IMG/VR virus record: IMGVR_UViG_3300029984_000001
Location: 62,001-126,000 of that record
DNA length: 64,000 nucleotides
Reading direction: 5' to 3' (one strand)
The position numbers and the translations under genes were made by a program. The notes beneath the pieces are model-generated. The model was given only the letters and a program-made list of their open reading frames with translations. It did no database searches and was not told the origin of the DNA. Below are positions 52,504 through 62,071 of the stretch, in pieces. The number at the start of each line of letters is the position of its first letter. Position 1 is the first letter of the stretch.

Positions 52504-53040
52504 ATGAAAAATGAAATACAAAAATGTATAGTGCGGTTAACTAATAAATTATCAGAAAGTAATTTATCTGAATGCTCATCTGATTTTAAAGTAAATAAAA
52601 ATAAAAAGGCTTTTGATGAATTTTATAAAGTCTTATCACAACATATAGATTTTAACAATTTAACTAAAAAAGAAGTCGAAGAATTAGGATTTAAATTATA
52701 TGATAAAGAGTATAGTTTATGGCGTATACCTTTATATCTATACCCAATTTTACCAGAAGGTTTAGAAATAAAATCTATTGATAATATTAAAAGAATAGTA
52801 GGTAAAGATAATATAGATCCAGATCATAGGTCTGGATATATTGCTTATAATATAAATATAAACAATGATATAAATAAAGTAAACATATTAGATAAATACA
52901 ATAATTTATTAAAAGATGGTTGGGGACACATAAGATTAGAAATTATAGAAGATGAAGAATTTGGTAAAGCTATGGTTGAAGATGGAGATGGTAGACCAGT
53001 TTCATTTTCTTATAATAAAGATACTGGAAATTGGGAATAA
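52504..53040 (+). CDS. hypothetical protein
   Basis: ORF track. Confidence 0.7.
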   Translation: MKNEIQKCIVRLTNKLSESNLSECSSDFKVNKNKKAFDEFYKVLSQHIDFNNLTKKEVEELGFKLYDKEYSLWRIPLYLYPILPEGLEIKSIDNIKRIVGKDNIDPDHRSGYIAYNININNDINKVNILDKYNNLLKDGWGHIRLEIIEDEEFGKAMVEDGDGRPVSFSYNKDTGNWE

Positions 53041-53058
53041 TTAAAAGGGGGTGTATAT

Positions 53059-53322
53059 ATGAAAAATAAAAATTTTCCATTGAAAGGAAAAATAATAAAT
53101 ACAAATAATTCTGAATTTAATATTGAAGATATACCAATATTAAATAGTAGTATTACTATATTTTCTGATTTACCAGAAATAGATTCAAATATTAAAAAGA
53201 TGAATGAAAATATATTTATATCAAAACCAATAAAAATATCAGAGTCTCATATAGATTTTCTAACTAGAATGACATTGGAGAGTTTATTTAAAAACTTAAA
53301 AGAAAGTGATAGAGAAATATAA
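53059..53322 (+). CDS. hypothetical protein
   Basis: ORF track. Confidence 0.55.
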   Translation: MKNKNFPLKGKIINTNNSEFNIEDIPILNSSITIFSDLPEIDSNIKKMNENIFISKPIKISESHIDFLTRMTLESLFKNLKESDREI

Positions 53323-53354
53323 TTTAGATAAAATATTAGGAGGATTTGATTGAT

Positions 53355-53513
53355 ATGAAAAAAGAAATACAAGACCATATTAAATATCTAAAAAGTCTAA
53401 CTATCGAAGAGAAGAATCAAAAGTTTGATAAATTTTTAAATGGATTAAAAGATTTAAATTTAGATTTAAATAATGAATTGAAAATATTAAAAACGATAAG
53501 AGGTGAATATTAA
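53355..53513 (+). CDS. small hypothetical protein (52 aa)
   Basis: AGGAGG RBS; MKKEIQDHIK... Confidence 0.5.
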   Translation: MKKEIQDHIKYLKSLTIEEKNQKFDKFLNGLKDLNLDLNNELKILKTIRGEY

Positions 53514-53514
53514 G

Positions 53515-53667
53515 ATGAATAATGTTAAAATAACCAATGAAAACATTATACAAGGAAATTCAACATCAAATACTATAGTAATAGGATTCAATGAAATTTC
53601 AAATAATATTCCAATAGAAATAAATTCTATTGGAATGAGATTGTTTTTATTGAATAGAAAAATATAA
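53515..53667 (+). CDS. small hypothetical protein (50 aa)
   Basis: GAGGTG RBS; MNNVKITNE... Confidence 0.4.
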   Translation: MNNVKITNENIIQGNSTSNTIVIGFNEISNNIPIEINSIGMRLFLLNRKI

Positions 53668-53733
53668 TTTCTTAAAAATATTAGGGTGCCCACTCACCCT
53701 TTTATTTTTTTGTAAAATAAGGAGTGATAATAT

Positions 53734-53946
53734 ATGGATGCTTTTGAAAAACATATAGCTAAATGTATTCAGAATAGGGATAATTATAAACCATATAAAC
53801 CTGTATATAAAAAAGATATTATTCAAATTGATCCTAAAGATATACCATTACCAAAATTTAGAAAATTTGAACAGAGATATTTAGTTGATGAAAATGGAAA
53901 TGAAATAAAACTACCAGACTTATTTGAAAGAGAACAAGAAAAATAA
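53734..53946 (+). CDS. hypothetical protein
   Basis: ORF track, RBS AAGGAG. Confidence 0.65.
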   Translation: MDAFEKHIAKCIQNRDNYKPYKPVYKKDIIQIDPKDIPLPKFRKFEQRYLVDENGNEIKLPDLFEREQEK

Positions 53947-54013
53947 GTATACATTTTATTTTTTATTACATACTAGGAAACTATAAACTAATATAAATTA
54001 GGAGGTTTAAACT

Positions 54014-55258
54014 ATGAGTTTATTAGCACAAAGATTTAGAGATATTACATCTAAAAGTAAAGACAAAACTATGTCTATGGAAGCTAAAGGTAATATATGT
54101 TATTCAACAGGATTTGTTACTTTTGATTTCTTAAATGGTTATTTAGTTCACGTACAAAATGAAAAGAAGAATTTAAATTATAAGTATTATAATTGTGGGA
54201 TTCAAGATGGAACAATGAATTTATTCATTGGTAGATCACAATCTGGTAAAACTACATTTGCAATGCAAAGTGGATTTAATATTATTAAAGATTATCCTAC
54301 AGCATGTTTTTTTCATGATGATGTAGAGGGTGGAATTAATGACGCTAGAAAGAGAGTACTTACAGGACTTCCAATGGAAGCATTAAAAGAGAAATATATA
54401 TGTAGAGATGCAGGAGTACATACAGAAAACTTCTATGAAAGAATTAGAATGATATATGAAGAAAAATTGAATAACTATAAGGATTATTCTTATGATACTG
54501 GGGTTTTGGGTGAGTCTGGAGACCCATTAATAAAATTAGAACCTACAGTATATTTATTAGACTCAATGGCGATGTTGTGTTCTAAAGATTTAGCAGATGA
54601 AGCAGGACTTCCATCACCAATGCAAATTCCTGGTATTGCTAAGAAAAACACTACAATGCTTAGACAAATTACACCAATGCTTAAAGCTGCAAATATCATA
54701 TTATTTGTCATCAATCATCTTTTACCAGAAATTTCTATTATGCCAAAGAAGGGTCAATTGAGATATCTTAAACCTGGAGAAAGAATTACAGCAGGTGAAA
54801 CACAAATATTACTTGCAAGTAATACTATAAGATTTGATGATAGTAAATTGAAAGAAAAAGATGGGATGGGATTTGAAGGTGCATTTGTAGACGTATCATT
54901 AGTTAAATCAAGACAAAACATTTCAGGTAGAGCTGTAACTATGGTATTTGATCCTAAGATTGGTTATGATCCAGATTTATCATTATTAGCTTTATTAAAA
55001 GCTAATGGAAAAATTAACGGTCAAGGACAAGGTATGTATTTATTTGATAGAGACGATGTTAAGTTCTCCCAAAAGAAATTCAAAGAAAAATTAAATGATG
55101 AAAATGAAACAGAATTCTATGATCTTGTTATGTCTTCAGTTATGGAAGTTCTTAAATCTATGGTTATTGAGAATGATGATAGTAAGATATTGAATAGAAA
55201 TGAAAGATTCTCTAGTGGTATATTGGCTAAAATGAATAGTATGGTCAAAGCCGCATAA
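54014..55258 (+). CDS. RecA/UvsX-like recombinase
   Basis: STGFVTFD, GRSQSGKTT, DDVEGG, LLDSMA, LFVINHL, LVKSR. Confidence 0.88.
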   Translation: MSLLAQRFRDITSKSKDKTMSMEAKGNICYSTGFVTFDFLNGYLVHVQNEKKNLNYKYYNCGIQDGTMNLFIGRSQSGKTTFAMQSGFNIIKDYPTACFFHDDVEGGINDARKRVLTGLPMEALKEKYICRDAGVHTENFYERIRMIYEEKLNNYKDYSYDTGVLGESGDPLIKLEPTVYLLDSMAMLCSKDLADEAGLPSPMQIPGIAKKNTTMLRQITPMLKAANIILFVINHLLPEISIMPKKGQLRYLKPGERITAGETQILLASNTIRFDDSKLKEKDGMGFEGAFVDVSLVKSRQNISGRAVTMVFDPKIGYDPDLSLLALLKANGKINGQGQGMYLFDRDDVKFSQKKFKEKLNDENETEFYDLVMSSVMEVLKSMVIENDDSKILNRNERFSSGILAKMNSMVKAA

Positions 55259-55375
55259 AAATCATTTGAATTATATATTATATATGTGTATAGTGGTTGA
55301 AATATACTACTATACATTTTATCATTGATGTTAGGAGGTATATTTAGTATATAGATTTTGAGGGGAGTGTATTAA

Positions 55376-57544
55376 TTGAACAATGTATTAGAGATTAATA
55401 GAAATATTGTAGAAATTATAGAGAAAGAAAAAACTAGAATACCTAATATGGAAAGATTATTAGGATATTCTGCAAATATGCCATCGAACTCTGCTAACAG
55501 TGGATCTCGTCGCTTATTAATGGTTTCACAAGCATCACAAAGACTTGAGGTTTATAATTCTCAAAGACCTCTTTTATCTACTGGATCAGAAAATCAGATA
55601 GGACATTATTCTTCAGAATTTGTTAAGACTGAAGATGAATTGAAAGTAATCGCTAGAGTAGAAAAATATAGATTTGTACCTGGACATAATTATTTTCTAT
55701 TAGTACAGAATACTAGAACAGGGGAATTTGATTTTATACAAAGGATAGGACATAGTCATAATACAGAATCTTACGGATTCTTGTATAACAATACATATAT
55801 AGATAAAGTAAAACCAGGATACACAATACCAAAAGGAGTTCCAATTAAAAAATCTACTTCATATGATGATAATAATAATAGGGAGGATGGAGTTAATCTC
55901 GACGTTACTTATATAACTAATGAAGAAACAAAAGAGGATTCTATTGAAATATCAGATTATGGTGCTGAATTATTATCTGCCCCTTTAATAGAAAATTTCT
56001 CTACTTTCTTAAGTGAAAATGAAATACCTGTAAATACATATGGGAATGATACAGTATATAAAGCTATTCCAGATATAGGAGAAAAAATAGCTAATGGTAT
56101 AGTTATGGTTACTAGAGTTGAAAAGAAGAATGAAATAATGTTTGCACAGTCAACCGAAAATTTGAAAAAGATATTTATAGGAGATACTAGATTTTCTTTA
56201 AAAGGTGAAGTAGTAGATATAAATATATATTGTAATAATCCTGAATTTTTAAATACTAATCCTAATTATGCTCAGTTTAAATATTACTATGATCAACAAA
56301 TGGATTTTGCAAAAGAAATGGTAGACGCGATTGAAACATATACAGATGTAAAGAGACATTCTTATCAATTAGAAAAATTACATTATAGATTAAAACAACA
56401 ACTAGAAGAAGTTCCGTTCTCTAAAGATAAAAGTTTTAGTAATATTCTAATTGAAATTACTGCTGTAGAAATGAATCCTTTAAGAGTTGGTGATAAGATC
56501 ACAAATAGATATGGTGGTAAAGGAGTTATATCTGAAATAAGACCAAGACATATGATGCCATATACTATTGTCAATGGAGAGAAAATTTATGCAGATATAA
56601 TTTATAATTCTAATACATGTGTTAATAGAGTTAACCCTGGACAACTATTTGAGATGTCTATAAACTTCATTGGTCAAAATATAACTTCTAGAATAAATGC
56701 AGGCGATAATATAAATTCTCTAATGGAAATGTACTATAATTTTATAAGAATAGTCGCACCAGACATGTATAAATTTGTTAGAGAGAAATTTAAAGTAGAT
56801 GAATTAGGTTCAATGGTACAAATATTAGAATCTATTAAAAGAGATGGTGGAATTAATGTATCACAAAAACCTATAACAGAAGTAATGACAGTAGATAAAT
56901 TGAAAGAATTGTATGATGTATTACCTTGGATAGAACAGTATAAAGTAATTGTCCCTCAAGTAAACAGTAATGGGGATATTAGATACATTTACGCTAGAAG
57001 AAGAATGGTAATATCAAAACAATACATGTATAGATTAAAACAGTATGCAGAAGAGAAATTCTCTGTTACTTCTTTATCTACCACTAATATCAGAAATGAA
57101 AATAGTAAGAACTCTTTGAAGAAGAACCATAAATCTCCTTACTCAAAAACCCCTACTCGCTTCACCTCGGAGATGGAGGTTCATGACATGATTCATTTAG
57201 GTGCAGAGAATGTTATTACAATATTAATGATACATTCAGCATCTCCAGCTGCACGGCGTCTTTGTGAACAGTTGTTAACAGGAGATCCGTTTAAAGTTGA
57301 TATAAGATTAGATGAAAATTGTAGAAACCGTTCAGTGGAGATAGTTAATACATATTTAAGAACCATAGGATTGAAATTGAACTTTAAGAAAATTCCTAGG
57401 GTTAAAACACAATTTATGACTAGAAGTATAGATTTTATGGAAAGATGTAAAGAGGATGAAAAGTTAACATTTATGCATCGTGATTCATTTGATACCAAAA
57501 GAAAATTTTGTCATAGAGGTAGAAGTAAATTAAAAAGAGATTAA
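55376..57544 (+). CDS. non-virion RNA polymerase beta C-terminal subunit
   Basis: NSGSRRLLMVSQASQ, GVNL, EDSI, GDKITNRYGGKGVIS, RVNPGQLFE, YMYRLKQ, EMEV. Confidence 0.92.
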   Translation: MNNVLEINRNIVEIIEKEKTRIPNMERLLGYSANMPSNSANSGSRRLLMVSQASQRLEVYNSQRPLLSTGSENQIGHYSSEFVKTEDELKVIARVEKYRFVPGHNYFLLVQNTRTGEFDFIQRIGHSHNTESYGFLYNNTYIDKVKPGYTIPKGVPIKKSTSYDDNNNREDGVNLDVTYITNEETKEDSIEISDYGAELLSAPLIENFSTFLSENEIPVNTYGNDTVYKAIPDIGEKIANGIVMVTRVEKKNEIMFAQSTENLKKIFIGDTRFSLKGEVVDINIYCNNPEFLNTNPNYAQFKYYYDQQMDFAKEMVDAIETYTDVKRHSYQLEKLHYRLKQQLEEVPFSKDKSFSNILIEITAVEMNPLRVGDKITNRYGGKGVISEIRPRHMMPYTIVNGEKIYADIIYNSNTCVNRVNPGQLFEMSINFIGQNITSRINAGDNINSLMEMYYNFIRIVAPDMYKFVREKFKVDELGSMVQILESIKRDGGINVSQKPITEVMTVDKLKELYDVLPWIEQYKVIVPQVNSNGDIRYIYARRRMVISKQYMYRLKQYAEEKFSVTSLSTTNIRNENSKNSLKKNHKSPYSKTPTRFTSEMEVHDMIHLGAENVITILMIHSASPAARRLCEQLLTGDPFKVDIRLDENCRNRSVEIVNTYLRTIGLKLNFKKIPRVKTQFMTRSIDFMERCKEDEKLTFMHRDSFDTKRKFCHRGRSKLKRD

Positions 57545-57593
57545 ATATTAGATAGGATTAATCTCCTATCTAATACAAAAAAGAGGTGATAAA

Positions 57594-58448
57594 ATGGAAA
57601 TGAAAAAATTCATGACTAGAGATGAAAAGATTAATCCAGATTTATTATTGAGATATCCACGTATAGGTGAGACTAGTATAAATAAAAGAGGAAGTACATT
57701 AGAAATAGTAGATTATAGAAAATGGGATCAAGTAGATGTAATGGTAATAACTAGATTAGAATCTGGTGAATTCAAATATTATAGATCAAATAATTGTGAA
57801 TATAGTTGTTTCATCAAAGGTTCAATAGGATCACCTTTTGACAAATCTACTTGTGGTGTTGGATATATGGGAATTGGGTCTTATTCATCTATCACACACC
57901 CAAAACTTCATATGTTTTGGAGTGGTATGTTATTTAGAGGATATAATGATAAGTATTATGGAAATAATACTTATATGGATGTAACAGTAGATTTTAGATT
58001 TCATAATTTTCAATATTTTGCAGAGTGGGCTGAACAGAACTATTATGAAATCAATGGAGAAAGAATGACCTTGGATAAAGATGTATTATTTAAAGGTAAT
58101 AAAATATACAGTCCAGAAACTTGTTGTTTTCTCCCTAATAACCTAAATGTAATGTTTACAAAAAGACAAATCGATAGAGGAGAATTACCAATAGGTGTAA
58201 CACGTAAGGATGATTGTACACAAAATCCTTATAGAGTTTCTATGTCTGTGGATGGGAAGGGTGCTGTTCATATTGGGACATTTCCAACTCCAGAAAAAGC
58301 ATTCATTGCTTATAAAGAAGCAAAGGAAGAAGAGATAGAAAAACAAGCAAATATATACTTGAATGAGAAAGGCGGACAATTTATTCCACAGTTTAGAGAC
58401 ATTGTTTATCCAGCTTTATTACGTTATAAAGTCGAGATTACAGATTAA
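57594..58448 (+). CDS. free-standing homing endonuclease-like protein (HNH-variant + AP2-like)
   Basis: Paralog of 3975; LDKDVL.K.NKIYSPETCCFLP..LN, HIGTFPTPEKAF..YK.AKE. Confidence 0.75.
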   Translation: MEMKKFMTRDEKINPDLLLRYPRIGETSINKRGSTLEIVDYRKWDQVDVMVITRLESGEFKYYRSNNCEYSCFIKGSIGSPFDKSTCGVGYMGIGSYSSITHPKLHMFWSGMLFRGYNDKYYGNNTYMDVTVDFRFHNFQYFAEWAEQNYYEINGERMTLDKDVLFKGNKIYSPETCCFLPNNLNVMFTKRQIDRGELPIGVTRKDDCTQNPYRVSMSVDGKGAVHIGTFPTPEKAFIAYKEAKEEEIEKQANIYLNEKGGQFIPQFRDIVYPALLRYKVEITD

Positions 58449-58466
58449 AAGGAAAGAAGGTTTAAT

Positions 58467-58856
58467 ATGGATAATATAAATACTAAATTTACTACTTGTG
58501 TTTTTATGAAAGTGTTTACTCCTACTGAAGAATTAGTAAAAGTAGAAAGAGCTATTTCTAAATCAATTATAAGAGAAGAAGGTACTGATTATTTTCATGT
58601 AACAACTAAAAATACTATAATAATAAAACATTTAACTTCTATGTATAATGGGATTAAAAGTGGTGATCCTTTTCGGGTAAAGACTTATTTAGGTTTAATA
58701 GAATCTAACCAACTACTAGCTAATTTTGCAAATGAAAATTGTTACGTTGAAATAAATGAAATTAAACATATATTACAAATTAAATCAATAGAAAAATTAG
58801 AGGAGGGTCATGTAAAAGTAACATTCATTCTTGCTGGTTTTAAAATTAAATTTTAA
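58467..58856 (+). CDS. hypothetical protein
   Basis: ORF track. Confidence 0.65.
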   Translation: MDNINTKFTTCVFMKVFTPTEELVKVERAISKSIIREEGTDYFHVTTKNTIIIKHLTSMYNGIKSGDPFRVKTYLGLIESNQLLANFANENCYVEINEIKHILQIKSIEKLEEGHVKVTFILAGFKIKF

Positions 58857-58896
58857 ATAGATTATATATTATAAATATGAAGAAAGGAGGTTTAAT

Positions 58897-61197
58897 ATGG
58901 ACGAGAATTTAAAATTAATCTTTGATAATTTAATGAAAGGGATTCTTCCTACTGATGATGATAAATTGTTTGTTAATACCTATATAAAAAATATATTAGA
59001 TACAGTGAATTTATCGGAGAGACAAATAGAAGATTCTAAAATAGTATTACAAATTTGTAATACTATTTTTAGTTGTACAGATTTAAAGTTTGTTAATAGT
59101 CAGGTATGGGATTTATTGATGGAGAGGTATAAAATATACCATCCAGATAATTTTCAAGTAGGAAGTTTTGATATTGATTTTAAATCAACAATTAAACAAC
59201 AAAATCAGGAGTCAAAAGAAAATATGAAAGTCTTTATGGTGCGTCTTGACAAGACTCAGGAAGATAAAATGTTGTTCAAAGAAGAATTAGCAAGTTCTTC
59301 GTATAAAGCACCTGAAGAGACCTATTACAAAACATTTATGAAACGTGAAGGTGCTTATATTAATAAAAGGAATACGAATACTCCTCATAATTATCAAAAA
59401 CTTGTTGGTACTTTAGATAAAGTAAAGTTTGTATTAAATCAACAAGCAATAGAAAAAGGTGTATTTACTGATTCTAATGTAAAAGTATTAGAAAGGGATT
59501 TCTTTGGTGTTCATATACAACAAGGAATATTAAATCCTAAAAGAATAATAAGAATATTGTTAGAGTTGAAAATTGATGGTGTATCTGCTGAATGTGATGT
59601 AGGAACATGTGTTGATAGTGGACGTTCAAGAGGAGATATGGAATCGGATAAAGCTACAGATCTAACACCAATATTAAAAGGATATAGATTTCCAAATGCT
59701 CCTATATCTTTATATAAAGAACCAAGATTTGGAATGAAGTTTGAAGCTATAATTACTAAACCTGACTTAAATACTTTCAATTATATTAAGAATTATTCTT
59801 ATAAGAATTGTAGAACAGGCATAATAGGATTATTCTCTGGTTCAGATGCATATCAACATCAAAACCTGATTACTCTAGTACCTTTAGCAACATCATTAGA
59901 AGGTGTATTTAAAGATAGAGTAGAAGAGATTGAATTTTTAAATATGTGTTATGCTACTAAAGTTCCTTTAAAGTATGCTGTTATAGAAGGAGACTTAACA
60001 ACTATTCTATTCCAAGTAAAAAGATTCGTTGAAGAAGCAGAAGCTATGAGACCTTATATGGGATACATGTATGATGGAGTGGTATTATCTTATTTGGATC
60101 AAGATATAATAGATAAACTACCTAGATCTAATTACATAAATAAACATACTATAGCTATTAAATTTAATCCAGAGAAAGCTCAAACTACAATTAGAGCTTT
60201 AACTATAACTGTTGGACAAGATGGAGTTATAACTCCTATGATTCATTATGATATAATTAGCTTTATGGGAACTACTCATACCAAATCATCTATACACTCT
60301 TATGAAAGATATAAACAATTAGGTTTCAGATACGGTAATATTGGAGATGCAGAGTATGTAAATGATGTAATGCCATATGTTACTAAACCTGATAATCATT
60401 TTAATGCTGAGATAGATAAAGCTAATGAACCTATACCTTTTCCTACACATTGTCCAGAATGTCAAACTAAACTTATAGAATCTAAATCTGGAAAGAATAT
60501 GATATGTGATAATATCGGATGTAAAGGTAGAGCTTTAAGTAGAGTAGTAAATATGATGAAAAAATTAAATTTAAAAGATTTTGCTGAAGCTGCTTTTGAA
60601 AAAATCAAGATATATTCTTTAACTGAATTATTGAATCTCAGATATGAAGATGTATTAAAGTTTGGTCTAGGAGAAGTGAACTCTCAAAAGTTTATGGATC
60701 GAATGAATTCTATTAAAACAGAACCTATATATGATTATGAAATTCTAGGGTCTTTAGGTATTGATAATATGGGAAGAGGTAAATGGAAATTGATCTTGAA
60801 TAAATATACATTACAAGAAGTAATGTCTATGCCAGAAACTTTTAGATATTCTGCTATCGCTGAGATAAAAGGATTAGGTCCCGAAACAGCTCGTACTCTT
60901 AATGATAGAATGGAATTCTTTATGGAGGATTTGATTACTGTAGGATGTTTAAAGAATATAGTAATATCAAAAGGGGTTACTTTACCTAAAGTAAGAATGA
61001 CTGGATTTAGGGATGCTGAACTTATTGAGAAAGCTAAGAAACTTGGTTTTGATATAGGTGAAGGTTCAGTCACTAAAGATACAAATGTATTATTAGTACC
61101 AACACTAAGTCATGAAAGTCCTAAAGTTACAAAAGCAAAAAATGATGGTATACTTATTATGAGTAAACAAGATTTTATAAACCAATATAATTTATAA
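58897..61197 (+). CDS. ligA: NAD-dependent DNA ligase
   Basis: ELKIDG, SRGD, DGVV, AIKF, VGQDGVITP, CPEC..C....C Zn finger, HhH, BRCT (RMTGFRD...SVTKDT). Confidence 0.9.
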   Translation: MDENLKLIFDNLMKGILPTDDDKLFVNTYIKNILDTVNLSERQIEDSKIVLQICNTIFSCTDLKFVNSQVWDLLMERYKIYHPDNFQVGSFDIDFKSTIKQQNQESKENMKVFMVRLDKTQEDKMLFKEELASSSYKAPEETYYKTFMKREGAYINKRNTNTPHNYQKLVGTLDKVKFVLNQQAIEKGVFTDSNVKVLERDFFGVHIQQGILNPKRIIRILLELKIDGVSAECDVGTCVDSGRSRGDMESDKATDLTPILKGYRFPNAPISLYKEPRFGMKFEAIITKPDLNTFNYIKNYSYKNCRTGIIGLFSGSDAYQHQNLITLVPLATSLEGVFKDRVEEIEFLNMCYATKVPLKYAVIEGDLTTILFQVKRFVEEAEAMRPYMGYMYDGVVLSYLDQDIIDKLPRSNYINKHTIAIKFNPEKAQTTIRALTITVGQDGVITPMIHYDIISFMGTTHTKSSIHSYERYKQLGFRYGNIGDAEYVNDVMPYVTKPDNHFNAEIDKANEPIPFPTHCPECQTKLIESKSGKNMICDNIGCKGRALSRVVNMMKKLNLKDFAEAAFEKIKIYSLTELLNLRYEDVLKFGLGEVNSQKFMDRMNSIKTEPIYDYEILGSLGIDNMGRGKWKLILNKYTLQEVMSMPETFRYSAIAEIKGLGPETARTLNDRMEFFMEDLITVGCLKNIVISKGVTLPKVRMTGFRDAELIEKAKKLGFDIGEGSVTKDTNVLLVPTLSHESPKVTKAKNDGILIMSKQDFINQYNL

Positions 61198-61336
61198 TTA
61201 TATATTATAAAAGTGTAATAATAGATTAATATATTAATTTCATAAGGAGGGATGTATATGATTGTATAAAATTATACAACATATAACTTATTATTGATAT
61301 ATAAAATATTTATGGAAAATTTAGGAGGAATAAAAA

Positions 61337-61951
61337 ATGTTTAAATTTGAAGAAACTGATATCCCAATGAACTTTACAAATAAACTTAATGCAAAGGAAT
61401 TAGTATGGGAACCAACTGATAGTGCTGACTTCTTTAAAGTATTATTAATTTCAATAAGTGATTTCTTAAAAAGAAAAAAACAAAAAGGACAAGAAGTAGG
61501 ATTCTCTATACAAGACTTAGATGGTAAATTTAAACTTGGTGCTAAAGTAGGATATGAAGAACCATCACCAGATGAAACAACAGGAAACTGGGAATATTCA
61601 TTTACATTTGTTGAAGAAGATATGAAATCATGTAACATCATTTATGATATTGGCGATGCTGGATTCCAACACTTATTTATACAAGATGCTTATCAAGAAC
61701 AAAGAATGAGATTTGATAACTATCAACAAGTCTATGGTGGTATTCTAGATGCAGCTGAATGTCTATTCGAATTCTTAGATCAAAATGCAAGTGAAACTGC
61801 TGAAGTAGAATTAGAGTTAGAAGGATATTTCGTAGCTGGAGTTACTATTAAAGACGGAGAAAAAGATATGTCGTTGACACCATCAGGTGCAATGAAAACA
61901 TTAGTCAAAGGTGACGGGTCTACAGAACAACAAGAAATAACAGCAGCTTAA
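61337..61951 (+). CDS. acidic hypothetical protein, possible HU/IHF-like fold
   Basis: Strong RBS, own promoter (61201) and terminator (61969-61990); VELELEGYF...LTPSGAMKTLVK resembles the HU C-half. Confidence 0.6.
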   Translation: MFKFEETDIPMNFTNKLNAKELVWEPTDSADFFKVLLISISDFLKRKKQKGQEVGFSIQDLDGKFKLGAKVGYEEPSPDETTGNWEYSFTFVEEDMKSCNIIYDIGDAGFQHLFIQDAYQEQRMRFDNYQQVYGGILDAAECLFEFLDQNASETAEVELELEGYFVAGVTIKDGEKDMSLTPSGAMKTLVKGDGSTEQQEITAA

Positions 61952-62071
61952 TTTAATATATACATATGAGACTCCAGTTTTCTGGAGTCTTGATTTTATA
62001 CATAAGTACCTAAGATACAACTATTTAAGTTGTATCTTCTTATTTATATTTTTTATAAAGGAGTGATTTGT

